From positions 22,060 through 86,059 of the forward strand of contig MNUR01000085.1 of the NCBI GenBank assembly GCA_001871115.1: DNA of 64,000 nt. The letters are read 5' to 3'. This document shows positions 1-7,542 of the stretch, in pieces (the first letter of the stretch is position 1; each line of letters begins with the position of its first letter). Source of the DNA: Elusimicrobia bacterium CG1_02_56_21 (GTDB lineage Bacteria > Elusimicrobiota > Elusimicrobia > Elusimicrobiales > UBA9959). Position numbers and translations under genes: made by a program. The notes below the pieces were generated by a model. It had not been told where the DNA came from, did no database searches, and worked only from the letters and a program-made list of their open reading frames with translations.

Positions 1-102
1 CGCGCCGCGGCAGAACCCGGAACTCCGGGCCTGAACAGGGGGATAAACCGCGGCCCCGGAACAGAGACCCCCGGCCTGCGCGCCGGTTTTACAAGCTCCT
101 CA

Positions 103-369
103 ATGCCGGAAGACGAGTTCGCTTCTTTCCTACATGGAAAAGCAATACCGTTCGCGGCCACCATCTTCGGCTTCGGCGGCGGCCTCTACCAGGTATATAA
201 ATACCTTAATACTCTGGACAAAGTTCCGTTCCAGACGGAACCAGGGCTGGCGGGCATAGCGCAGTCCCTGGGCTGGTTCCTTGCCGTCACGGTAGGCTGC
301 ATATCGCTTTTCCTGTACGGGCTGTACATGCTGTTCCGCGACCTCTCTAATATCTCCGAAGATAAATAG
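103..369 (+). CDS. Small hypothetical membrane protein with two hydrophobic segments. The frame is open to the left window edge, so it may be the C-terminus of a longer protein.
   Basis: 88-aa ORF with two hydrophobic stretches (AIPFAATIFGFGGGLY and LGWFLAVTVGCISLFLYGLYMLF). Frame 1 has no stop between positions 1 and 102. Confidence 0.3.
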   Translation: MPEDEFASFLHGKAIPFAATIFGFGGGLYQVYKYLNTLDKVPFQTEPGLAGIAQSLGWFLAVTVGCISLFLYGLYMLFRDLSNISEDK

Positions 370-453
370 CCTCCAAGCGGCCAGTGCCTGAATTCCCGCT
401 GGTCCGCCATTTTGCTAAACTTTTTGCCGGAATCCCCAATGCCTGAAAATCCT

Positions 454-479
454 GGAACCTTTTTAGCCTGCCGGTGTCT
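454..479 (+). promoter_or_regulatory. Candidate ECF-type promoter (GGAAC-N17-GTCT) upstream of the sigma factor gene
   Basis: GGAAC at 454-458, a 17-nt spacer, then GTCT at 476-479. It lies about 27 nt upstream of the TTG start at 506 and matches the general autoregulated ECF promoter pattern. Confidence 0.4.
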
Positions 480-505
480 TTTATCAGAGGCCGCTGGAGG
501 CTGCT

Positions 506-1045
506 TTGGATATTGAAGAGCTTTTTGAGAAATACTCGCCCATGGTCTACAACCTGGCGCTCAGGCTGAGCGGCAATAAGAGCGACGCCCAGGATATAGC
601 CCAGGACGCTTTCATAAAAGCGGTGCGGGGGCTTGGGAATCTGCGCGAACACTCGGCCGCCGGGACCTGGCTGTACCGCATCACAATGAATGTCTGGAAG
701 AACCGGGTGCGGGGAGAGAAGCGCAGGTCTTTATGGAAGACCCTGTCCCTGGACTGGGGGAGCGACGGCGACGAAACGCCGGCGCTCCAGGTTAAGAGCC
801 CGGAAGAACCGGCCGGAACGGCCATAGAGAAGCAGGAAGAAAAAGAAGCTCTTGAAGCGGCTATGGCTCAGCTGAACCCGGAAGAACGGGCAATGCTGAT
901 CTTGCGGGAAATTGACGGCCGCTCCTATGCCGAGATAGCAGAAATAACGGAGAAGCCGCTGGGCACGGTGAAATCTGGCATTTCCAGGGCGCGCGAAGCC
1001 CTGAGACTTAAGATGAACGCAGTACTGAACGATCATGGATCATAA
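506..1045 (+). CDS. ECF (sigma-70 family, group 4) RNA polymerase sigma factor
   Basis: Region 2 motif DAQDIAQDAFIKA and WLYRITMNVWKNRVR. Region 4 HTH motif ILREIDGRSYAEIAEITEKPLGTVKSGISRAREAL. TTG start. Overlaps the next gene by 11 nt. Confidence 0.85.
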   Translation: MDIEELFEKYSPMVYNLALRLSGNKSDAQDIAQDAFIKAVRGLGNLREHSAAGTWLYRITMNVWKNRVRGEKRRSLWKTLSLDWGSDGDETPALQVKSPEEPAGTAIEKQEEKEALEAAMAQLNPEERAMLILREIDGRSYAEIAEITEKPLGTVKSGISRAREALRLKMNAVLNDHGS

Positions 1046-1976
1046 AACCTGCAGAGAAAATATTTCCGCCTTCCTCGACGGCGAACTGCCGGAGGACGAG
1101 TGCTCCGCGCTGGAAAACCATCTTGCCGTCTGCCCTGAATGCAGAGCGGAGCTGAAACAGCTTGGCCGCCTCTCTGCCGTAATAAAGCAGCACGCTATGG
1201 AGCCGGTTCCTCTTTCTTTGAAAGGGCAAGTACTGGGAAGGCGCGGTAAGCAGGCCGCCTATCCCTGGCTCAGGCCGGTGCTGGCTCTTTCCGCGGCAGC
1301 CGCCGGGGTCCTGGTAGTATTGAACCTGGGGAAAAATCCTGAACAAACCGCGCAGCTGCGGCAGGAGTCTTTCAGCGCGGCCATGCCGATGCATAAAACA
1401 GAGAAAGCCTCTCCCCCCCGGACCGCAGAAGAACCCGCCGCGCCCGCCGGGCGCCTTTACGGTGAACTTGAAAACAAAGCGCAGGCGCCCGCAACCATAG
1501 CCGCCGCCCGCGGCTCTTATGGCCAGGCGAAATTCTCCCGTAATACCGGCTCAATAAGCGCCGCGGCGGCCGGGTCCGGCAGCGGCGCCGGGCTTTCCTC
1601 CCTTGCCGGGGCCAAGGAGAAATCGGCCGGCAGCGCCGAAGCTCTCTATGCGCGGGCTGCAAAAAAGCGGGCCGCGGCGGAATTCCGCGGCCCCGTCTGC
1701 CTCCGCGTCTATAAACCCGCATCTCTCAACGAGTCGGACTCAAATATGCACAAAGCCTTGCTCGAACTCAGGAAGAAAGGGACCAGGATAGTTGCGGCGG
1801 TACCCGGAAACCTGGTCTTCGTAAAAAACGACGGCTCCCGGATAACCCTCACAGAAAAAGACTGCAGCTACGGCTTTATTTTCTTCGACGGAAAGCAGGA
1901 CCCGCTGGTAGTAACAGACCTGGCCGGCATAAACGACAAATATAACGCCTACTTCCAAAGCCCCTCCCGGCCCTAG
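1035..1976 (+). CDS. Anti-sigma factor with an N-terminal zf-HC2 zinc finger, one TM helix and a C-terminal domain of unknown family
   Basis: N-terminus CRENISAFLDGELPEDECSALENHLAVCPECRAEL is the H-x3-C-x2-C pattern. TM helix LRPVLALSAAAAGVLVVLNL. Translationally coupled to the ECF sigma gene. Confidence 0.7.
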   Translation: MDHKTCRENISAFLDGELPEDECSALENHLAVCPECRAELKQLGRLSAVIKQHAMEPVPLSLKGQVLGRRGKQAAYPWLRPVLALSAAAAGVLVVLNLGKNPEQTAQLRQESFSAAMPMHKTEKASPPRTAEEPAAPAGRLYGELENKAQAPATIAAARGSYGQAKFSRNTGSISAAAAGSGSGAGLSSLAGAKEKSAGSAEALYARAAKKRAAAEFRGPVCLRVYKPASLNESDSNMHKALLELRKKGTRIVAAVPGNLVFVKNDGSRITLTEKDCSYGFIFFDGKQDPLVVTDLAGINDKYNAYFQSPSRP

Positions 1977-2100
1977 CGGCTGACCGCCAACAATCCACGG
2001 GCCATTGGGCCTATTTCATTTATTCCCATTGTACCCTGAATTTTATTCCGGTTTCGGCCTATCCTATTATTACGGCTAGACAGATGCGGAGGGTTACTAT

Positions 2101-2676
2101 ATGAAACCACTTATTTTCCTCGCTGCGGCAATGATAACGGCCCCGGTATTTTCCTTCGAACTCATCGGCTTGAGCCTGAAAGACATCCAGGGCAGCAATG
2201 CCGTAATGGCCGAACCTGTCCCTGAGATGGTCCCCGGTTCCGAGGACGCGCTGGACGGACAGTTTATCAGCGACAAGTCGGCGCCGTTCTATACCGTAAC
2301 CACAGCCCGGACAAATGTCTGTTCAGACGGACAAAAACTAAGCGCAGCCGACAAGAAACCCTGGGTTGAATATCAGAGGAAAAACGGCTTTGAAACCGCC
2401 TGGAAGGACGATTCTCATCAGGATGAAACCGCCACAGGAAAGGTAAACGCAATAGAAGTTCCCTATGTAGTAGTCCCCAGGAATCACAGGGAACTGCTCC
2501 GCAAAAAAGCGGAAGTCTGCGTAGTTGCCACCGGCAAATGCGTAAAAGCCGAGGTCCGGGAAATAGGCCCGGCTTTCGGCGAGGTTTCAGTAGCGGTCAT
2601 GATGGGCCTCGGGCTTAACGCCCACCCGGACTACGGCCGGCACAACGGCAAGGTCACCTACAAGTTCTACAAATAA
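2101..2676 (+). CDS. Secreted protein of unknown function with weak GH75 chitosanase-like resemblance
   Basis: Signal peptide MKPLIFLAAAMITAPVFS. The segment VPYVVVP...VCVVATGKCVKAEVREIGPAFGEVSVAVMMGLGL resembles the PYVV...GD.GP..GE.S..LA core of GH75 proteins. The family call is tentative. Confidence 0.45.
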   Translation: MKPLIFLAAAMITAPVFSFELIGLSLKDIQGSNAVMAEPVPEMVPGSEDALDGQFISDKSAPFYTVTTARTNVCSDGQKLSAADKKPWVEYQRKNGFETAWKDDSHQDETATGKVNAIEVPYVVVPRNHRELLRKKAEVCVVATGKCVKAEVREIGPAFGEVSVAVMMGLGLNAHPDYGRHNGKVTYKFYK

Positions 2677-2693
2677 AATCAGCCCTGCAATAA

Positions 2694-2725
2694 AAGAAGG
2701 CCGCCAATGGCGGCCTTCTTTATTT
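2694..2725 (+). terminator. Rho-independent terminator
   Basis: Hairpin aagaaggccgcc/ggcggccttctt followed by a T-rich tail, 18 nt after the stop codon at 2676. Confidence 0.75.
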
Positions 2726-2793
2726 AGCCGGGGATAAACAAATCCCCGCCCTATTCCTTAAAACATCTTTCTCCGCTTGAACATCCAGATTTC

Positions 2794-3162
2794 TTACCCG
2801 GCAATAATTACGAGCATCGCAGTCACGGCGCTGAAAGCCATTTTATTTTCCGCGCCGGGGATTCCGCCCGCGTTTATGCCCGGCAGGCCGGTTATAAGCC
2901 CCGGCGGCAGGAAGACAGCCGCCGCTACAGAAAGCAGTCACATTGTTTTGCTCATATACCGGGACAATTTATTATTAAGTTCTTCCTGGCTTATGAAAGC
3001 GCGGTCCCGCGCTGAATCTATATCCTCTATATAGCGCGCTGTCCTTTCAGCTACCTCCCGCATCTTCCCTCTCCGGGCCGCCATTGCCATGAACTTGGCG
3101 GTGGTAACCGGGCCCTTCCCGTCCAGGATAAAACCGAAAACAAGCCCGTTTTTCCCAGTCAT
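2794..3162 (-). pseudogene. Degraded ZntB/CorA-family divalent cation transporter remnant with an in-frame TGA and a large internal deletion
   Basis: The 74-aa ORF ends at TGA (2938-2940). The same frame continues as LLSVAAAVFLPPGLITGLPGINAGGIPGAENKMAFSAVTAMLVIIAG to TAA at 2794-2796. FLPPGLITGLPGINAGGIPG matches the ZntB signature [20 protein letters not shown]. The total is about 121 codons, against about 330 in full-length family members. Confidence 0.6.
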
Positions 3163-3192
3163 GATATTTTTTCCTTTTCAAAAACTTTCCCT

Positions 3193-3924
3193 TTAACGCA
3201 GGGCCCTGGCCGTAAAAACGCAGCCTTTACCCGCGGACGCTTTATGTTTTCCGTCCCCCGGCGCAAGAATAAGTTCTCCCTGCCCGCCGGCAAGGGTTTC
3301 AGAACCCTCTTTAAGAAGCAGGGTATACTGCAGCAGGAAAGTTCCGTCTATCCCTGAACTTTTGGGAAGGAGGCCTACCATAAACTTGCGCACAGTCTCG
3401 TATTTCTCGGTGTAAAGCACGGCGCTGTACTGCTCGTCTGGCAGGTAGACGAAGCTTGCCGGATAAGAATCTCTTCCGCACTTAAGGCTGGTTTCTATAC
3501 TTCCGGACCTTTGCCCCCGGCTTTTCTCCCCGGCTTCACCCTGGAGCTCGAGTATAAATTTCCAGCCTCCGGCTGCGGCGGCCAGCACAGGCTTGCCCGG
3601 GCGAAGCAGGATCTTGCCCGCAGCCTGGAAAGGCGGCCTGGCCCGCTGCCGGCCGGTGACCTCCACCTGGTAATCCAGCCTGTACAGGCCGTCTTCCTCA
3701 GGATTGAGGAAGGAGTTAAAAATTATTTCGCGCGCGGGACCGCCGCCTCGCATTTGCGGCTTGCCGGAAAAGTCTGCCTGTTCCCCCAAATTTATCTTCT
3801 GCGTATGGGAATAGGCCTCCCTGCCTTTTACGGCTTTCATCTTTACCGTCCAGGCCTCGGCTCCGGCCGCGCCGGCCGGGCAAAGCGCAAGACAGAAAAA
3901 AAATAATAATCCCGAAATCTTCAT
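3193..3924 (-). CDS. Secreted hypothetical protein
   Basis: 243-aa ORF with signal peptide MKISGLLFFFCLALCPAGAAGAEA. No recognisable family. Confidence 0.5.
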   Translation of the reverse strand: MKISGLLFFFCLALCPAGAAGAEAWTVKMKAVKGREAYSHTQKINLGEQADFSGKPQMRGGGPAREIIFNSFLNPEEDGLYRLDYQVEVTGRQRARPPFQAAGKILLRPGKPVLAAAAGGWKFILELQGEAGEKSRGQRSGSIETSLKCGRDSYPASFVYLPDEQYSAVLYTEKYETVRKFMVGLLPKSSGIDGTFLLQYTLLLKEGSETLAGGQGELILAPGDGKHKASAGKGCVFTARALR

Positions 3925-3949
3925 TGATTTTAATACCGGGGCTGACCTG

Positions 3950-4062
3950 GGAGCCTGTCCGACATAGGCAATTTCGCCTGCAATTGCCGCTTTTGTCCTG
4001 CGCTTCGGCTCGGCTCCAAAATAGACAATTTCGTCATGAAAGCCTAATGTCGGACAGGCTCC
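3950..4062. repeat. Nested palindromic intergenic repeat, family A, copy 1 (short form)
   Basis: 16-bp perfect terminal inverted repeats GGAGCCTGTCCGACAT / ATGTCGGACAGGCTCC. Inner palindrome GGCAATT...AATTGCC. Second copy at 57925-58089. The right end overlaps the TAG stop of the upstream response regulator gene. Confidence 0.8.
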
Positions 4063-4442
4063 TAGTGCCGGCAGAAGCGGGAGACCAGCGAGGTTAACTC
4101 TTCCACGCGCGAGGGCTTATAGAGCACGTCCACGGCCCCGATAGCCGAAGCCTTCCCGTCCATACCGGGCATGCCGGTAATAATAGCCACGGGGATAGCG
4201 GCCAACCCGGGGTCTTCCTGCTGAACTTTCCTGAATTCCCAACCGGTCATTACCGGCATCATCAGGTCCAGCAGGATAAGACCCGGGGGCAGGGCGGAAC
4301 CTCTGAGGTAGTCCAGCGCTTCTTTCCCGTTGCCGGCAACTGCGGTCTTATAGCCCTGGCCAACCAGGGTAGAGCTGATCAAGTCGCAGACATTCTTATC
4401 ATCGTCCACTACAAGAACTGTTGAATTCCCCGCTTTCGTCAT
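4062..4442 (-). CDS. Single-domain response regulator (CheY-like receiver)
   Basis: VLVVDDDKNVCDLI...LILLDLMMPVMTGWEF...YKPSRVEEL receiver motifs. The ATG at 4442 is preceded by GAGGG. The longest ORF extends to 4484. Confidence 0.85.
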   Translation of the reverse strand: MTKAGNSTVLVVDDDKNVCDLISSTLVGQGYKTAVAGNGKEALDYLRGSALPPGLILLDLMMPVMTGWEFRKVQQEDPGLAAIPVAIITGMPGMDGKASAIGAVDVLYKPSRVEELTSLVSRFCRH

Positions 4443-4580
4443 GGGTTTACCCTCATACCGGTATGATAACAAAAACCAAACCATTTTTCAGCGCAGGAAA
4501 AATCCGTAAGCCTTCCCCTGATTTCAGCCTCAGAGACAAAAACCAGACAACGGCCGCAGAAACACTCCTAATAGCATTTC

Positions 4581-6329
4581 TTAGCGGCCGCAGGCCCAGG
4601 CAGCCGCCTCTTCCAGGCCCGGCAAAGCCGGGTCCAGCGCTACGCTCACGCAAGTTTGGCCATCGGCCAGCCTGGCCAGGCGGTACCAGCGGTTCAGGAA
4701 ACCGGCCACCGGGTCAAAATGGAAAGCTTGTTCAAAGGCCGGCAGGGATTTGTAGTTTTGCTTCAGCCCGCTGCGCTCATAGGTCCGGTCCGGAAGCGGA
4801 ACTATCTTTATAGCGCCGTCCTCCACCATTGCGCCTCGGTATTCGGCGAGGGACTCGGTAGCCAGGGACAGAACCTGTACGCCAAGGATTTTGCCGCAAT
4901 CCCTGAGGCAGCCCGCGGCAGCGGAACTAACCGGCGCGTCAGTCCAGATCACCCCGGACCGCGCCGAGGAAAGGGCAAAATCACCTGAAGCGTTGCTCCC
5001 CGCGCGCGCAGCGGCTATTACTTCGCGATGCTCCGGGTCATAAGCAGAAAGCCAGAGCTGCACAGCCCCGCCCAAAGTCTGCGGGGCTTCGGTGAAACCA
5101 AGCAGCAGTGAGCCGCTCCCGGAGCCGTAAGCGGCCACGGCGCAAACAGTGGAACCCGCCACCTCGCTCAGCTCCCCCGGGCCTACTCCTGTAAAATGCA
5201 CTCCGCGGTCGTCGGCTATCCAGTAGGTGCGGGTCTTCTCCGGTTCATCGCCCGGCAGCGAAACCATCAGAACTCTGAAGGGCCATCTCTTCCAGGAACA
5301 GGACAGGGCCGCAACCGTAGCGGAACGGAAAAGTTCGCCCTCGGAAATACGGAACCCCGGGTCCAGCCTGTCCAGGGCCGCGGCCGCAAGCCAGCGGTCT
5401 GCCTCGCCGGGAGCGGAGAGCAGACCCTGAAAAACGGGAACAGCCAGGTCCGCTATGGCTCCGCCGCGGGGCAAAGCGCTGACTGCCGCAAAAGATACCG
5501 CAGGCAGGACGCGCCCGAGTTTACCCGCGGCAGCGGCCGCCTCCGGGGACTGGGCCCGGCTCTGCAGCGCCGGTGCCGCGGCCTCTCCTGCCGCGCGCAC
5601 TTTGGGCCACAAAAAAGCAAGCAGGCCGGCCCCGCCTACCAAAAGGGTCAGCAGAAACCACGAGCGGGCCAGTGAAGGCGCTGCCGCGCGGCTGCCGGGC
5701 TTGCTGAAATCAAAGCGCACGGGCAGCGCTTTTATAATGCGCAGCCGGTACAGTAGCGGGCTCAGCCCGAAAGCCAGCCCGGAGACGGTCATATAAAACA
5801 GAGACCAGAGCATGACCAGCGCGGTCAGCGCCGTCATCAGATAACCCCAGCCGCCTGAAGCGAATAGCTCCAGTACGCGGTGGAATTCCAGCAGGGCAGG
5901 ATAACGCGCAAAAGACGGAGCCCTGGCCAGGAAGAGATAAGCGCAGACCCCGAACAGGAAAGCGACCGGTGTATGTGGCTTGAGCTTCCTGGTGCGGCGG
6001 TCTGTAAAAGTGACTCCCAGCATGACATACATAAAACCAAAGCCGCAGACCTCACGCCAGAGCAAAGAGGGGTGCCACTGCCCCTGCACGGCCGTATTAA
6101 AAATCATCGCGGCGTAAACAGAAGAGAGGACTAGATAGTAAAGGATGCTCAGCAGGGTGCTGATCTCCTCGAATAAAACGCGCCTGAGCGCGGCTACGAG
6201 CAAATTAGCCAGGCGCGCCAGCATCCAGAACATAGCGCTTATGCTGCCCAAGGTACGCAAAGGGCTCAGCCAGGCCTGGAAATCGGGCGAGCCCCAGAGC
6301 GCGAAGGCCTGCGCCAGGTAAGATTCCAT
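4581..6329 (-). CDS. Large polytopic membrane protein with a C-terminal soluble domain, unknown function
   Basis: 582-aa ORF. The N-terminal roughly 250 aa hold multiple hydrophobic helices. No family recognised. Confidence 0.5.
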   Translation of the reverse strand: MESYLAQAFALWGSPDFQAWLSPLRTLGSISAMFWMLARLANLLVAALRRVLFEEISTLLSILYYLVLSSVYAAMIFNTAVQGQWHPSLLWREVCGFGFMYVMLGVTFTDRRTRKLKPHTPVAFLFGVCAYLFLARAPSFARYPALLEFHRVLELFASGGWGYLMTALTALVMLWSLFYMTVSGLAFGLSPLLYRLRIIKALPVRFDFSKPGSRAAAPSLARSWFLLTLLVGGAGLLAFLWPKVRAAGEAAAPALQSRAQSPEAAAAAGKLGRVLPAVSFAAVSALPRGGAIADLAVPVFQGLLSAPGEADRWLAAAALDRLDPGFRISEGELFRSATVAALSCSWKRWPFRVLMVSLPGDEPEKTRTYWIADDRGVHFTGVGPGELSEVAGSTVCAVAAYGSGSGSLLLGFTEAPQTLGGAVQLWLSAYDPEHREVIAAARAGSNASGDFALSSARSGVIWTDAPVSSAAAGCLRDCGKILGVQVLSLATESLAEYRGAMVEDGAIKIVPLPDRTYERSGLKQNYKSLPAFEQAFHFDPVAGFLNRWYRLARLADGQTCVSVALDPALPGLEEAAAWACGR

Positions 6330-6411
6330 CAGTTTTACGCCTTAGTCATTTTTAAGAAAAGAATTCCGGGAAATACCGGACCCGGCTCTAAATTCTACCT
6401 TTTACAATCCT

Positions 6412-6774
6412 TTAGAAACAGAGCCGCCGGGTTTCCCCGGCGGTTTTAGTCGCGGCCGCGGTCAGGGCGCCTATGCGCTTAAAGAAGGCCGGGAACAGCG
6501 AGCCCATCACCATCATAACGGCCGTAACCAGGCCGGTTATCCGCACCGCCTCCAGAACCAGGGAAGCGTCATACCTGCCCACTACCAGGTTTATCACAAA
6601 GCCGAAAGGGATAACCACAAAGTTGCAGCCGATAAAGTTTACCGACGGGCTCTTAGACTTATTGAACAAATATATACCAAGAAAGCAGGAGGCGAAGTAA
6701 CCACGAAGACATTGTTTTCCACAGCGATATTTTACCAAAACAAAAAGCCACCCGTAGGCGGCCTGAGTACTGGG
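6412..6774 (-). CDS. Small polytopic membrane protein, possibly a truncated Bax-inhibitor/YccA-like fragment
   Basis: The ORF from the internal ATG at 6774 avoids overlap with the kinase gene. It has hydrophobic segments only. Its last 10 codons run through a terminator-like hairpin, which suggests a truncated gene. Confidence 0.3.
   Translation of the reverse strand, partial: PSTQAAYGWLFVLVKYRCGKQCLRGYFASCFLGIYLFNKSKSPSVNFIGCNFVVIPFGFVINLVVGRYDASLVLEAVRITGLVTAVMMVMGSLFPAFFKRIGALTAAATKTAGETRRLCF
6421..6447 (-). terminator. Terminator-like GC hairpin
   Basis: gccgccggg-tttc-cccggcgg with T-rich flanks on both strands, at the end of the kinase/membrane-fragment unit. Confidence 0.4.
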
Positions 6775-6811
6775 CATCTGCACTGTGCTTAAGGGGCCAA
6801 GATCAGCTGAC

Positions 6812-7504
6812 CTATTTGACCAGCGGCAGGGACACGGTAATTTTAGCGCCGCCGCCGGGGGCGTTTTCCGCTTTGGCGGTTCCGCCATGCTGCTCAAAGT
6901 ATTTGCGCGCTATAGTAAGGCCCAGCCCTATGCCGCGCGGCCTGGTGGTAAAGAAAGGCTCGAAGGCCTTTTCTCCGTCGCCGTCAGGCAGCCCGGGGCC
7001 GCTGTCGGTAACGGATAAATACCCCGTCTTATCGTCATGAGTGCATTCCAGTGTTACTGTTCCGCCTTCCGGCATGGCCTGGACCGCATTGGCCATCACA
7101 CAGCGCAGCGCGTAGCGCACTGCCTCAATATCAACAATTACGCGCGGATCTCCCGCGTCGGGAGCCGTTTTAAGGGTGATTCCGGGCGGCAGCGGGTACG
7201 ACCCGGCCAGGTCGTCAATGCCGGCGTTCATATGGGCCGGCGCGAGGATCAGCTCACGCGTGCGGGTGAAAGCCAGGATCTCCTCCATAACATCATTACT
7301 GCGCTTTACCTCGCCCTCTATTATGCCCATATGCTTGGTGACCTTGGGGTCTACAGCCGCCCCGCCCGCGGCCAGCCTGGTCTTAATAAAATAAAGCGAG
7401 TTGGAGATGATAGCCAAAGGGTTGCGTATTTCATGGCTGACCACGCTGGCCATCTGCCTGAGCAGGTCCGGCTTGTCTTTTTTATCCGCATTGTTCATTG
7501 ACAT
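6812..7504 (-). CDS. Soluble histidine kinase core (HisKA + HATPase_c) with no sensor domain
   Basis: H-box VVSHEIRNPL, N-box ANAVQAM, G-boxes DSGPGLP and GIGLGLTIARK. Confidence 0.85.
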   Translation of the reverse strand: MSMNNADKKDKPDLLRQMASVVSHEIRNPLAIISNSLYFIKTRLAAGGAAVDPKVTKHMGIIEGEVKRSNDVMEEILAFTRTRELILAPAHMNAGIDDLAGSYPLPPGITLKTAPDAGDPRVIVDIEAVRYALRCVMANAVQAMPEGGTVTLECTHDDKTGYLSVTDSGPGLPDGDGEKAFEPFFTTRPRGIGLGLTIARKYFEQHGGTAKAENAPGGGAKITVSLPLVK

Positions 7505-7542
7505 ATAATATCCCCTATCTTTTACTAATTCCGCGCCGGCGG

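Noticed and set aside
2938-2940. The in-frame TGA in the ZntB-like gene as evidence of stop-codon recoding (selenocysteine, or a TGA-sense genetic code)
   Set aside because: All the long conserved genes in the window (AlaRS, HemL, HemB, the helicase and others) are uninterrupted. I did not look for a SECIS-like hairpin. The same gene also lacks about 200 internal codons. Simple pseudogenisation explains this better.
2777-3034. 85-codon plus-strand ORF with a hydrophobic N-terminus
   Set aside because: It is antisense to the ZntB-like remnant, whose homology is clear, and has no start context or family resemblance.
3950-4062. The repeated palindromic elements as a CRISPR array or CRISPR remnants
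   Set aside because: The copies are single and tens of kb apart. They are long nested palindromes rather than short repeats alternating with spacers, and no cas genes are present.
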